Shown here piece by piece: positions 51,046-64,000 of a DNA stretch of 64,000 nt (positions are counted from its first letter, which is position 1; each line of letters opens with the position of its first letter). A program made the translations under genes and the position numbers. The notes under the pieces are model-generated. The model saw only the letters and a list, made by a program, of their open reading frames with translations. It had not been told where the DNA came from and did not search any database. Origin of the DNA: Takakia lepidozioides (Eukaryota; Plantae; Bryophyta); assembly GCA_030704615.1 (NCBI GenBank), contig CM060733.1, forward strand, positions 10,416,001-10,480,000, in the 5' to 3' direction.

Positions 51046-54000
51046 TTGGGAATAGTTTCTAGAATCGAATATGATATTCCTCACAGCTTTTATTTATTAT
51101 TTATGTATTTATTTTTGTTAGTAAGGGGAGGAAGCTATTTTGAGAACAATGAATGAACGCTTTAGTTCAAAAAATAAAATAAAATAAAACTAAACAAAAT
51201 AATGAAATAATAAAATAAAAGAATTCTGAGGTTACCGGACGGAATCGGACGCGTCTATGTGGGTACCTATTTAAGGATGGACAATTTGTTAATTGAAGTC
51301 ACACGAAGAAAATATGCTGTCCGATGGTTATGTCCGCCACTAGGCGGGCAGCGGATAAACAAGTGGTCATCCATTTTGGATGGGGTGTGTGGATGAATGA
51401 GAATCCAAGGCAGCGCTTTCACCGACACACGTGTGTTGCGAGGCGGGGCATTATTGGGTTTCTGCCCGGCCCGTCATTACGCTGTGCCGACATGATAGCA
51501 AACCGTGGATGAAAATGGGAAGGACGAATGACATCCCGCGGAAGCGCCGCCATCCGGCAAGTTCCGTAACTCTTATCCACCCTCTTGGGTCAGTTACACT
51601 CGCGGTGACGGAGGGCAGTACACGGGACAAGACAGCCTAACCACGTTAGCAACCGGAATTTGTCCCGACGGCAGTGCACAACGGCATGGATGCAAAATGG
51701 TAACGGGGATGAAATATTCGTGGCAGATGAGAAATGGCGGGGCCGGGCGCCGAGCTGGCGGCGATTATTGCAGCAGCGGTACACCTACAGTACGTATACG
51801 AGGTAGGTACCTTGCACACTGCGTAGGTAGGTATGTACCTATTGTAGGGTTGTGGGGGGGGGGGGGATACGTGCGCGGGGCCCAGAGGGATGAATAATGT
51901 CGGGTATATTAGGGTGGACGGACCCACCCCCGTTCACACTAGCGGCCAAAGGGCAGCCATCAGTGTGGGTCCTCTTTACCCTACTCACAAGTGTGGAGTA
52001 TGATTGTGTAAATGATTCTGCTTTACGAGGCCGAATTATTCATTCTCGTAGCGAAGAAAAAGAGAGAGAGAGAGATCGTGAAAATATTCGTGGAATGAGA
52101 ACTTCGAATTTGGAGGTGCTGCCACAAGAATCGGATTCTACAACTCTGCCGACGAGGTGGAATCACCAGACCGGCGGGAAGCTAGTATTCAACTCGATCT
52201 GTAGAAGCATTTGGCATGGAGATTCACAGAATGAGTCCAAATCAGTTGCCAGTTTTTGTTATTGTGATGCGAATTGAAGGACTATTCCTTTATTCCTGTT
52301 ATTGAACCCATGAGGCTACAACTGAGCCATGTACTAGTATTAGTACAAGCTCATTTAAAGCTTATCTCCTTCCTTTCGGGCCCTTCTCTTTCCTACTTTT
52401 TTATTCTCTCAATAGTGTAGAGGTCCCTGTGTTGGGGGAATAAAAAAAAAAACAAAAAAGAAAGTATGGAGGTAAGTTCATGGTACATACATGGAGAAAT
52501 TGCAGCATACGACTGCCTAATGCTTCAGTAAGAAGTGGTGCCAAGTTGTAAAGTGTTGGAAGAGTGGAAAGTGCATGTGGGGCCCTCTCTTGTACAGATG
52601 TCCTTCGAAATCTCACTCTCAAGTTTGCACTGCTGCATGCCTTTTGGAGTGTTGCGTGTGATGAGAATATAGCAGGTCATTGATGAGCGAGTCTTCTATG
52701 AATTCCAACTGTGGGTGTGTGATATCAATCTGCAATTATCATGTTTTGCACTGTGAGGCCTGACCCACTCTTATTTTCCATCACATGAGAGTGAGTAGGT
52801 ACTAGCCCATTCGACATCACACTTCTCTGCCCTTTCTCAGTGGGCAACGTAGGATATTTGAGAAGAACCTGCACAGAGGTATTTTTTAATTTGAAAGGGA
52901 TCCGCAAATTTTCTCAGAGGAAATTCTACTCGATCCGTTCCAAAACTCATCTTTCTCAACAGTATGAACCAATGATTCTACAAAAACTTTGACGTGTTCA
53001 ATTCCAAAGCTCAGTCAGCAACTACAGTACTTTGTTTAGACAATAAGTGCATGGAGTACATGCAGCCCCCTGCCTTTCCGGGAGGAGGACTACACATCCT
53101 TTATAACTAAGTAAGTCGAGTCCAAGGCATGCAGGGCCAACAAGTGACTTCATAATTTAGTGTGACAGGCAGTACCAACAGGATTTATAACAAGTTAACT
53201 AATCTAAGCTAAGAGACCTCCTGAAGGAGCTCATTACGATTGACGGCCGCTAGGCCTACTTCCATGCCGCAGATCAGGAAGAAATGACCAAGCAGGTACC
53301 CACTTGCACTTACTCTGTGATTTCCCTTTCACAAGTGCATCATGGGAGAAACCTGTTACTTGCAAATAACGAGCACTTCATGCGGGCAATTTAAAAAGTG
53401 ACAGCCACCATGCCATCCGGAGTCTGAAATACTTCCATACAAATTCCCAACCTTGAAGCAATTCTTTTTCTTGTCACATGTTATAAATGGAATGTCTTCA
53501 CAACTTAATTCCAATATCTTCCTTCAACAATATCTCTCTCCTCATCTGAAAACCCGAAATTGCAAGACTATTTCTTTCAACCCTGAGTAAGGGCACCAAT
53601 CCATGATAAGATTTCGAAAAATGAGTAATATTGAGACACCAGTCAGGTCTTCAACAAGTAATTCCATTGAATCTCTGCTAAGGAAACTGGAGCGAGTTGT
53701 CCTCGCAACAACTCCCTCATTCCGGACATGGATTCTATTACTTTACTAGCGAAATGCCTCCACAGATGACCAAGTCTGCAGATCTCATGCACAGCTATTT
53801 TGTATGAGTTGTTGCGGGTCAAACTCACTGATTTGAAGCGCAGCCCTACATGGCCCAAATGATTGTTTGAAAAATTGTTCCCTCCCTCTGTTTGGGTCCA
53901 CTGCATTATTGGGCCTTGTGAACAACACCCCAAATCTCTCACCTCAGTTCCATTTCTGCTCTTGTTTGGAAACAATTCCAATAACTTCCATCTGAGAACA

Positions 54001-54059
54001 CTGTTCTTGAAGAACATTTTGCAAATACAGAGAATAAAGTTCTCATTAATAAATAAAAA

Positions 54060-54225
54060 ATACCGGTTAGTGCAATTTGTGTCACCCCGGTGGGCTCAAA
54101 TCCTGCTACCTTGTCCTGTGTGTTATTGTTTGGTGGTCTCTCCTGTATGCTTCATGGCTCATATGAATGGGGCTTTATTTATTTTTGTCTACTCTGTAAA
54201 AGGACCTGAATTGTGAGCCAGTGTG
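54060..54225 (+). mobile_element. Putative tRNA-derived SINE, second copy
   Basis: TGGGCTCAAATCCTGCTACCTTG is identical to the copy at 50865-51045(-). Downstream GGACCTGAATTGTGAGC is also shared. Confidence 0.55.
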
Positions 54226-57200
54226 GCTCCGTCAGTGTATCTCACAGGTTATATCTAATTCAAATAAAAACAAATAAAATGGGAACAAATTAGGTAAGGA
54301 AGATTTGACTACTTCCCAAGTCTTCTCGCAGTTGAATATATTGAAAGAGAGTTTCTGGGCCCGCTCATGAACAATTGGTGTCTGTTGCATGGAACCCACC
54401 AGCATCAATGATCAACTCGACAACTCAAAGAGCCTCTCAATGGTGACTAAGTTCCGACCTGGAGTGCGATGTTTCAGCAAACCAGTTGTAAGTAGTCCTC
54501 CAGTTATTTGCGTGTCTTGCGTGCGAGATCACACTGTCTTTCAGACTGGAGTTGTTACTGAAATGCAGGGTTGGATTCCAGAGGGTGCCATGGTGTTTGA
54601 AGTGGCTAGTTGTATGATCTGGTGGTTACAGGGATACTTTGCGGTCTTCCAGCATGAATCGGTGTCCAATTTTCAAACATATGAATTCTTGGGTCGCTTC
54701 CAAACTTAGTGTGCAAGCTTAAGAGCAAAGTTCGAGAACTGTGGCTGACCCAGATGGAAGAAACTGCAAATGATCGTATCACCTCTTTGTTCGTCACACA
54801 CGGATTGTCTGATGTTTCTTGCCAACGAAATCTTACAATTGATGCACACATGTAATCTGGGTTGCCCCAGTTGTGGGGGGCAGGAGACCGGCATCTAGAA
54901 GATCTGCTTCATATTTTGCACTGCACGTAATAGGAAGTGGGAAGCTACAAAATCTTTCTTTGTATTTTAAGATCTATTGCTTCGATTTGCTTGCAGGGCT
55001 CTACACAGGTTGCAATTCTCAAAATGCTTAGATTTGGCAGCCTTCAGTGGCAGTGGCAGCTACAGGTCAAGTCGCCCTTTCGCGGCATTCACAGTGGAAA
55101 AAGACGACTGTATCTGCATAGCTGCAACGCGCTATACATTCTGAGTACATCATATATATCCAAGGGACGGCTGTAGGTGGAGCGACGAGGGAGCGACGAG
55201 GCTCTCCCCTGTTCTCTGGAGCGCAGGCCTTCGCAACTCGGAGCCAGAGTCAGAACTTTGCGTTGCTGTATTACCCTCACCTGGAACTAGTACCCTTACC
55301 CTGCGCACAAAAGGATCTGTTCGGGCGGTTTTGATGCAGCCCTGAGCTGACTGCTAGCAATTTTGGAATGGACCACGCCCTGAGCTTGGGAATGCAGGCC
55401 AGCATAGGGTTCCAATGAGGTCATTGTGTACCCCATGTGAAGTCTATGTGAAGTATCTACAGGTACTACGTAATATTAGGTTGAATCTGGGTTGAACATC
55501 TGAAGATAAATGAGAAAAGTTTACACTTTGGCCACGAAACATAGAGCTTTTCAAATATTTTCAAGGAGTTCTCATGGGCAATCTGTCGAAGTCTCATTGC
55601 CGTAAGTTATGAACTTCGCACATAGATCTTCCAAACACCCAATCATTCACAGGTTGTATAATTGAGCTCTAACTCGAACCTCTAGATAGTACTTAATATA
55701 TTGAGCAGTACAAGAACTACGAAAAAATATTGCCCAATCCGAGTTGCTGGCCAACGGTTAGGAGAGTTTATCAGACCATTTTCTTTGGGCTCAAGTGACC
55801 ATGGGAAATTTGTGTGTGGAGGATGCAAGGGAAGGCCGTCTGGGGATACATCTTACTGAAGCACTAACGTGTGTACGGTACGTGTAGAAACAGGCTTCTA
55901 TATATATATACGGAAAGACAACAGCGTGGGCCTTTCCTCCAGTAGTAATTCGCAGGAGACCCAGCTGTTTTTTGATTTTGATCTCACGACAAAATTGAGA
56001 GGACGAATGTACAGTGGTAGAGTTCGAAAATGACCTCTAAAATCAGTTTGCACTCTGCGGTGACCCAATTCAACGCGCCAATTGAGGGCACAGTTAATAT
56101 GTGCTGCATTTCATTCACATACTCTATCTTGTGCCACACTGGTTGGGATTTAACCTTGCGGGAATCACAAGGAGCTTTAGTGCAGCTTCATACTCCTTTC
56201 CAACCCAATCCTCTGCATCCATTCACCCTCTAATTCCTTGTTAATTTGAGACCACGTACCATGTAGCAAGAAGAACGAAATTATTTGTCATTACTCATGT
56301 GCATCTAGGGACAAACCTGAGATCTCTGCAAGGCTCTCAGCAGTTTCGCTCAACTTGCTCATGGAATGCGGAGACTCAAGATTCCGTCCTAGATGAGTCT
56401 GACATATTCTTCACTAATGTTCATGACCAACTGGTATACCTGCCATCCAAACACAAACAAGGAGAAATAATAATACATTTTCCACGAGGACTTCGGAGAG
56501 CATAAATCGGAATCCGCGAGTATATATTATCGACACAGCAAAACCGCTTCATGGGAGAGAGTTATTAGGAGTGAGACTATAACATTCGTCGAGTTTGAAC
56601 TTGTGAGAGGACAGGTTTATATGGAACATGAAGAGAACTGGTTCTATATAACAATATGCGAACGCCAGGGAAATCGGAGCAGTGCACGTGAAGATGTGCG
56701 AGGTGGCTAGCTGCAAAGGATTGAAGTGAGAAAGCCATACTTCAACTGTGAAGGAGAATTTTCTGGTCCTCACATGAATTGTGACTAGTTTATGATCTGA
56801 TGTAGAGGAGGACAGAGACACGCTCGTGGGAAAAGCTTGATGACGTTGATTGATAGAATGAGTTCAGAAAGGTTGCACGGTGTGGCGGATGGGCGGACTG
56901 GACATGTCTTCCAGTACTGTGCATAGTGAAAGTTCATGCTCAGTTCATGAAGAAGAGTCTGTACAGAGGTTGATGGAGTGTACAGGCTGTGTGAAGCGAG
57001 ATTCAGAACCTAAGAGGATATATATGTACATAGGTATCATAGGATATTGAACGCTGTTTGTGAATTTGAATATGTATGTAAGAAAGCACATGACCAGATT
57101 AATTTGTTTTGCGATCCCAGTTGACGTCCTGTACGGCAGTCTATTCAGAAACCAGACCTGTATGAGTGGTTGGTACGTTGGAGCTGGAACGTCAACAGCA

Positions 57201-60188
57201 GATTGAATCTATAACTGGTCAGTAAAAGGAAAAATGACAGAAGAAGAAAGCTGCAAGTCGAACATAATTTCGTGAATGCTGGAAGTGATCGTAAGATTTG
57301 AGCCATGATCTGAACGGAAAGACAGAAATGCGACTGTGACTCAGAGAGAGTAACGTAAGAGAGACGGACCATCTGGAGCTACATACAGGCAATTCTCCAA
57401 ATGCTTTTGGGAGGCTCGCACCAGCTTAGCATCATCTGGACAAGTCGAGCTGCAGTGTTTCTGCCGAGTCTACATTTGTCAGTCTTTGTACCTGCCGCTG
57501 TCAAGGTCCCCTGGAGCCAATTTGTCGTTATGCTAAAACCTGGCAACCCATAAGTTGATCCGCTCTCATCAGCCTGAAGATGAAGACCCATCGGACAACT
57601 ACTGGTTAGTTTTTTTGTCTTTTTTTTGCCCGCAGGGGAAAGGACTTCAGAGATATACTCGAGAAAGAACCAAGAACCCTCCCAGGCGGAAGAAAACAAT
57701 TAGGCGGCCACTTTAACCTACCAGCCCCAAATCCCACATTTTGCAAATAAGATTGTGAGAGGCCCAACAAAAAATGAACTCTTATTCCAAGGTAGCTTGA
57801 GCCTGGAAACTCCTTCTGGTAGCATGGCTCACCAAGTGAGACCACTATGCGCCCTGACCAGCACAGACCGTGTTCGAGCCCAAGCTTTATGCAAAACTTG
57901 TCGAAGAGAATATAGCTAGTACCAACTACCAGTTTGGATTACCCACCCTGAAATCCCTTCATCAATCTATGTAGGACATGAGTGGCGACAAACTTGACAT
58001 CCAGAAAGGCGCAGATCCACTGACCAAGAGTGGAGGGAAAGGGCCTCAGGAATACAATATCACCTGGTTGATGGTAACCATGCTGTTGATGGTGGTCAAC
58101 AGCGACACCCCTGCCGTCTTACAATTTGCATATTCCACATCAGTAAACAATGAGCACTGGAACGAGACTGGAACGTGTCTGCAGCATCACTACTGGATGC
58201 AGAACTGCAGGGCTTAGGAAAGTTGAACGAAAATGTATATATGTCCAGGAACAGAGGGAAAAAGGATCAGGCAAAACATGAGACCTTGAAAATCACTGAT
58301 ATTGAGCTCAGGCGTGCTTCGACTACAGGGTACTGGATTGGGGCACCTTTCGATCATCAAACACATTCATGAATATATAGAGTTATTGCTTGCGTCAGTG
58401 GCACTAGCATGCAAGCCTATCGTTCTGATTATACAGCAGGCTGATGGGACTGGGAGCGATCTTACTTCACGGATATGCTGACCGTATTAGTCCAAAATGT
58501 TGCCCAGTTGTAAGAAACATATGAATTTAAATTAACACGGAACCGTATCGACCCAAAGCATGACGTGAAAGTTGCAGATCAAAGGTACACTCTAGAAACT
58601 GTGCAGACCAGTGTTGTGGTCCAAGAAAAGTCCTGACGAACACAGATTCATAAGTACTGCACATGAGACTCGGAAGTAGACCTTCGGGGTGAAGCCAAGG
58701 TGAAGTAACAGGTGCCTTAAGTTGCGTCTGCTTCTGCAGTCCTGACTCCTCTACTAGACACATGTGATACTCGAGGTGATACTCTTGGTGGCTCTCAGTC
58801 ACACCAGCTAGCTACTGCTGGAGTCATGTTCAGCTAGGGGAACTTCAGTCACTGCATGGATTCCTCACTGGTGGAAGTCCAAAGTTATAGTGGTTAGCTT
58901 CTGAACGAGATGGCTACATGAAAGGGGTGGAGAAATTGTTAGAGAAACGATATGTACGAAGCCCATGGCACTCTAACTAAGAGTTAGATTTAAACGAGGA
59001 GGGACTCACGCGAGGACATATATCATTGGTGTATGCGTGGTGAAGCTGGCGCGGCTGGGCTCGCATCTACAAGGCAAATATGCAAATATTGGCAGAGCTG
59101 CTTAGCTAACAGTCAAAGAGCGCCTGGGGCCATTTTGCCAATACACCTATTCCTGATTACACCTATTCGTGACCAATAGAAGATGAAACTATCTTGAGTG
59201 TTGAGTGCTACATTGGTTTGACGATCTCATCAGGTTTGGAACTGGGTTTAACAAATTTCTGGTAGCATACCTTCCTATAGGCATGACCAGTACATAACAG
59301 GTCCTCCAAAGCATTTGAACAAGCCACAAACGGCTCCTGCTTTGGCAAAACATAAGAGAAAGGTAAGACGACTCAGCACAACACACCAATCGGAGCCTTG
59401 ACACGGTGTAAGGTCCTTAATTTGACCACATTCTCTCGGTGGACTTCAACATGTTGCATAGTCTCTCTCTCCAAGAGAGCCAACAATACCCAAGTACCAA
59501 TTCATCTAGAGCATGTCAACTTTCCTTACAAACAAATGTCATGAATTACAATAAACTTGCCACTGGAGACTCATCGTCAGGAACCAGTTTCCGCCCCTAC
59601 CTAATCTTACTCTGGACAGTGCTGCTTGATTGACAGACCCCTGATCTGCTAAGCGTCAATAGCTTTATTTCTGCCCAACACAAATATAGTATCTCAGGGG
59701 CCTTATCAACTCCAAATTGGTTTGAAGTTTTAGTCCAATGGACTCGAAGACTGGTGAAGCAAATCATTTGAACAGCCAATGTCTTTACACTGATACTAAC
59801 AAAAAGGTGTTGTTAACTTGTTAGCTGCAGATGCAGTGTACTGAGGGTTTTGATTAATCCTCCATGGATTCTTCATAAATGGTTTGAGTACATTATTTGC
59901 ATACATCTGATTGGGAGTAAAAAAGGACGAATCTGAGTTCCGTGACTGAACGTCAATCTAGTCTCCAATTCTGGATAAATTGTTTTGTGACTTCTTTCTT
60001 CTAATTTTGTCTGTGCTAGTAGGACTTCTCTCTCGCCCTTAGGGGAAAGATCTCTCTCTATAAAATTGTTTCTTCTACTTGTCTCCTACAGAAATCATGA
60101 GGTCTGGCGACTTCTCTCTATCGACGTCACAAGAAATGTTATTAACGTCCGCGGGTGGTTAGGTGCCTTTGAAAGCGGTAGAAGTGGT

Positions 60189-63100
60189 TCAACCGACGAG
60201 TACCCACGTGGCGTAGCTGGGAACGCCATTGTAATTAGCAAACAGCATGTAGTAACCCGGTGGCGCAATTACATTACTCGGAGGCGATGTGGCGCTTATT
60301 GAATACTGCCCAGCTGTAGCAGCCGCGGTTGGGGCTGATACTGCCAGATTCAAGAGCCTTTGTCCCTGCAAGAACATGAATGTCGAACGAAATATATATG
60401 AGAGTTCGAACACAAACCAGGGTTTTCTTACAAGCAACTCCGTGTTCAATCAACAACTTTGGTACGCTTCTAGAGACCTCTCAGATTGTCGGCATTTAAC
60501 TCTCGGGAGCTAGCCAATGCTTCGAGGGCTAATTTTAAGTCCAGGAAGCTCGAGAAAGCTGCCCGACCCTCGTCCTCAATTATCAAAGCACGGGTGGGCT
60601 TTATATATGTCCCTCCTACACGATCAGCTCGAAACCCCAAGCCTAACATTTTCCCCCACTTGTCACATCCAACCCAGTAAAGCCCCGTGACTTAGATCTA
60701 GCCTTATGGTGCCCAACATCTACAAGGAGAAAATGAGAGACTGCAAACCGTCAGTTCAGATCAGTTGCTGAGCAACGAACAACTGAAAGCCCACGAGTGA
60801 GTATATAAACTACTACAAGGTGATCTAATTTTCGAGATGCAAAGAAACGCAATTTTGGAAACCTCAAGCGTGGATGGAAGAGGAGCCAGACAGCCACAGA
60901 ACATACCTGAGCATACGAGTGAGTGGTGTAAGGAGCACTGATGAGATTGAGCTCTATGTTGCCAGCGGGCACTTCGGGCAGGCTAACAGTGAGAGTGAAG
61001 GCAGCGCCATAGCCCAGAGTGTTGGGAGCATCTCCAGTGAAGCTGGGGCCCGCTTGGCTCAAGTAGGGAGGCGAGAACGCCTCGATCCTCAGCTCGGTGG
61101 GGAGGTCGCCGGTAAAGGTGTAGAACTGGTGTGTGTTACTTCCGGCGACTAGAATCCGAGCATCGGCAAGCAGATTCGCCGTGGAATGGTACACCCGGGG
61201 AATGTTGGTGCCGGCCAGCGTCTCGAAGCGGGACCCGGCGGCATTATCCGGGTGGTACAACACCGGGGTCAGCACCGGGTTGCTGGCTTGCCCCCATCCC
61301 TGCGACCCGGCCGCGGCGCCGTTGATGATGAGGACGTCGCGGGTGGGCAACAGAACCATGTCGCCCATGGTCCGCGGCATGGGCATATCCTCCATGGCCC
61401 ATCCGGGATTCGCCGCCAACGGAGAGATCCGTCCGCACGACTGAAGCGCCGTCGTCGTCGTGGCGAAGGCGGCGAAGACGCCCGCCTGCGCTCCCCCGCA
61501 GACCACGACTTCCGCCGACGAGAATCCGTCCGCCGCCGTCAACGGAAGCATGACGGAGCTTCCGGCGCTCGGGTAGTTCCGGGGCCCCCCTTGAAGCGTC
61601 GGGAGGTTGGCTACGACCGTGTTGGACGTCCAGTCGAACAGGACGGAATCCTGGTTGGCGAAGATGAACAGCTGGTTGTTGGGCAGCAGATGAACGTAGG
61701 GGTAGTAGTTGTCGTTCTGTGCGTCGTTCGTCTGTACATCCATTTAACCCAGTGAGTCACCTCGATGAACAGGATTCATCCCTTGGATGTATTTTTCCCG
61801 GAAGCTGCTTCAAACTGACAGGGAGTAAATGCCTTGACATTAGGGACATGCAAGCCCTAATTTTGAGGGAGAGGGAGGGAGGGATTCCCGACGGGAGTGA
61901 ACAGCGCACGCACGACTACGTACGTGCCACCTAATATGTCACATTTCAGTGTCTGGTTTGCAGTCCAGTCTGACTCATGTGCACATACGAGCTGGGTCCC
62001 GCAGGCAGAGATAGGCAGGGGGGCAGATGTGTCTGCAGGAGCTACAGTGGAGCTCTGACAGTACCGCAAGGATTAGTTGGGGTGCAAGAGATGGGGAGGG
62101 AGGTTAGGCAGGGAGAGAGAGAGAGAAGACAACTTTTCCTCGGTGGTGGAAGTTGTGGACCCACAGCAAACCGTTTGTCGTCGAAAGAACAGCCAGCAGA
62201 CAGTGAGCGAAGGAGCTGGGTCTGGGAAGTGAAAGATGTACTCAAGGACAGAATAGATGGGCTGTAAAGATGAGGAGAGGGAGAGAGTGTAACTACAGAG
62301 GGACGAGTTATTGCACAACTCGAGCATGGAGATGATTTGTAACCCATTTGTAATGAGAGTAAGAGAAAAGAGAGGAAGTTGAACGGCCTGTGAGAGAGAG
62401 AGAGAGAGGTCAGGACTAGGACGAAGGAGAGAATAGAACTTGTACCGCTGAAAGAAGAGGTAAAGTGGTCTGGCCCCCTCCATTCGCAGGAACATATTCG
62501 ACGGTGAATACACCGCGCCCTCCGACGACAATTTGTTGACCATTTGGAAGCTGTTGATTGCTGGCATACCACCGACCCGCTTGCAATGGCGTGCCTGTCT
62601 CAACCCAATCGCAGTTGCCATCTGATGCGCAAGGCTCGAAAGTCCGAATCTGTACCGGGCAAGCGATTACATTGTACATACAGCATTAAATTCAAAGTCG
62701 AAAGAACATTAAAGCAACAATTTCACCTCATCCACTCAAGGTCCTATCCTATATGAGATTACGTCCAGTGGAGGCACAGAAGGCCATGAAGAAGAAGAGA
62801 GTGACGGAAGATAATTTAATTCCTTGGAAAGCCTCAAGTACTTCTATATGTGTCTAAACAACCAAGCTGAAGATCGCTGGGAAGAGAAGGAAGGGAGAGA
62901 GAAAGGAATCACCTTCGCATTTCCATCTGCGTCTCCGCCTGTTTGCACGAGAGTTCCATCATTAGCAAACTGCCCTGACGAACACCAAGTGTCTGTGAAG
63001 ATGAACAATGGCCTGATATTGTTTGAACCAGGTGTATAAATGGCAGAATGCGCTGTGCAATCATGCGTGGACGCCTGATGAATTTAACAGCCATGTACAT

Positions 63101-63884
63101 CATTAATAAATTGATGAGTGAAGAGGCAACGACATCCTTGAACATGCAGTATGATTCTAGCCTACACCACTACAACATTTCACATACATAGTCTAAAGAG
63201 GGACTGAATCATATCAAGAGTGAACACCAATCGACTACGAAAATGTGATACAAGAATTTAATTGAGGCCTACTGTCTTAAATGGAACGGTGCATGTTCGG
63301 GTGTAGACATGGTCGCAAAGAAAATTCTAGATCAATCCAATAAACTGTTCCAAGCTATCTGAATGCTGCTACAGGTAACACTGGGAAGTAGGCCTTACAG
63401 CAAGGTTAGAAAATACTACTGTTCACGAACTACTACTACGCCAAAAGAGAGGCAGGAGAAGCTACATTATGAATGCAGCTAGGAATTCGTGGGGACGTAA
63501 CCACAGTGATGCTTCAGTTTACGGAGCTTCCCATCTGGATACCAAACTTCCCACACGTTTCGGGCGAGCTTTTTCTATTGGAGAGAGAAGACATTGAGGA
63601 AAAGGTGGCAGGAAAGAAAGAGAGAGAGAGGGGGAGAGAGCTCACCCTGTCCGCAGGATTGTCGCGGCATACTCCATTATTCAATGGGAGCTGAGAGGGT
63701 CCGATATTGGTTCTGTCGAGCAACACGACGGTGTCATAGTGAGTGACTGCTGTGTGCATTGAGGAAATCCCCGCATTCGCAACAACCACCTCCCATGAAC
63801 CTTGTGCATCCACTTGAAGCGTACCTAACACCAACAGAGCCAGCAACTCGAGAGCTAAAAGTCTGAAAGTCACCCCTAATCCAT
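60189..63884 (-). CDS. Glyoxal oxidase / aldehyde oxidase GLOX-like copper radical oxidase (AA5), 5 coding exons; start codon uncertain
   Basis: Exons at about 63884-63646, 63074-62913, 62650-62446, 61731-60908 and 60367-60189. Signal peptide and GISSMH, TWCSSG (Cys), GRWY, DNYYP (Tyr), RVYHS (Tyr, His), TTHS (His), APPGYYMLF. Confidence 0.9.
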
Positions 63885-64000
63885 GACTACTCTCCTGCTA
63901 CCTCTTCCTCTTCCACTCTCCCTCTCACTCTCAGGCCCTAATTATTGTCTGTAAAGCACGAACTTCTGTATCCTCAATCTCTGGGTGACTGCTGTCGACA

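Noticed and set aside
55335-55390. Two GCCCTGAGCT motifs resembling miR390 target sites (TAS3-like)
   Set aside because: Only about 9 nt match, the sites are 38 bp apart, and there is no tasiARF-like sequence.
57230-57255. TGACAGAAGA as miR156
   Set aside because: Only the first 10 nt match and no hairpin partner is evident.
57500-57580. CTGATGA on the minus strand as a hammerhead ribozyme core
   Set aside because: No stem II followed by GAAA.
52000-60100. Scattered short ORFs between CESA and the glyoxal oxidase
   Set aside because: No recognisable protein similarity or consistent exon chain; treated as intergenic.

Overview
Eukaryotic, intron-containing land-plant nuclear DNA. The CESA and PLS-PPR sequence style suggests a bryophyte or other seed-free plant, but the species cannot be determined from this window. 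Host genes are: the 3' part of a listerin/LTN1 E3 ligase; an intronless, catalytically degenerate Harbinger-derived ALP1-like gene; a head-to-head inverted pair of MDR-family (ETR/QOR-like) oxidoreductases, one carrying a frameshift and stop; a 1051-aa PLS-E-DYW RNA-editing PPR protein; a complete cellulose synthase (CESA); and a glyoxal-oxidase-type copper radical oxidase. The centre (20626-36969) is one 16.3-kb Mutator-like element with long GC-rich TIRs and a 9-bp TSD. It contains a decayed MULE transposase, a convergent second gene of unknown function, and nested LINE and CACTA fragments. Smaller elements are a hAT MITE with a perfect 8-bp TSD, a 67-bp LINE 3'-end insertion with a 16-bp TSD, and a tRNA-like SINE family. 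The most striking result comes from reading the PPR code of the DYW protein. It spells nUGnGAnGUnUUnUAnUUnGYnnnnnC, which fits the codons of the conserved plastid PsaB segment W-D-A-F-Y-L-A-V-F and predicts a Ser-to-Phe C-to-U edit in psaB. This target is an untested inference.
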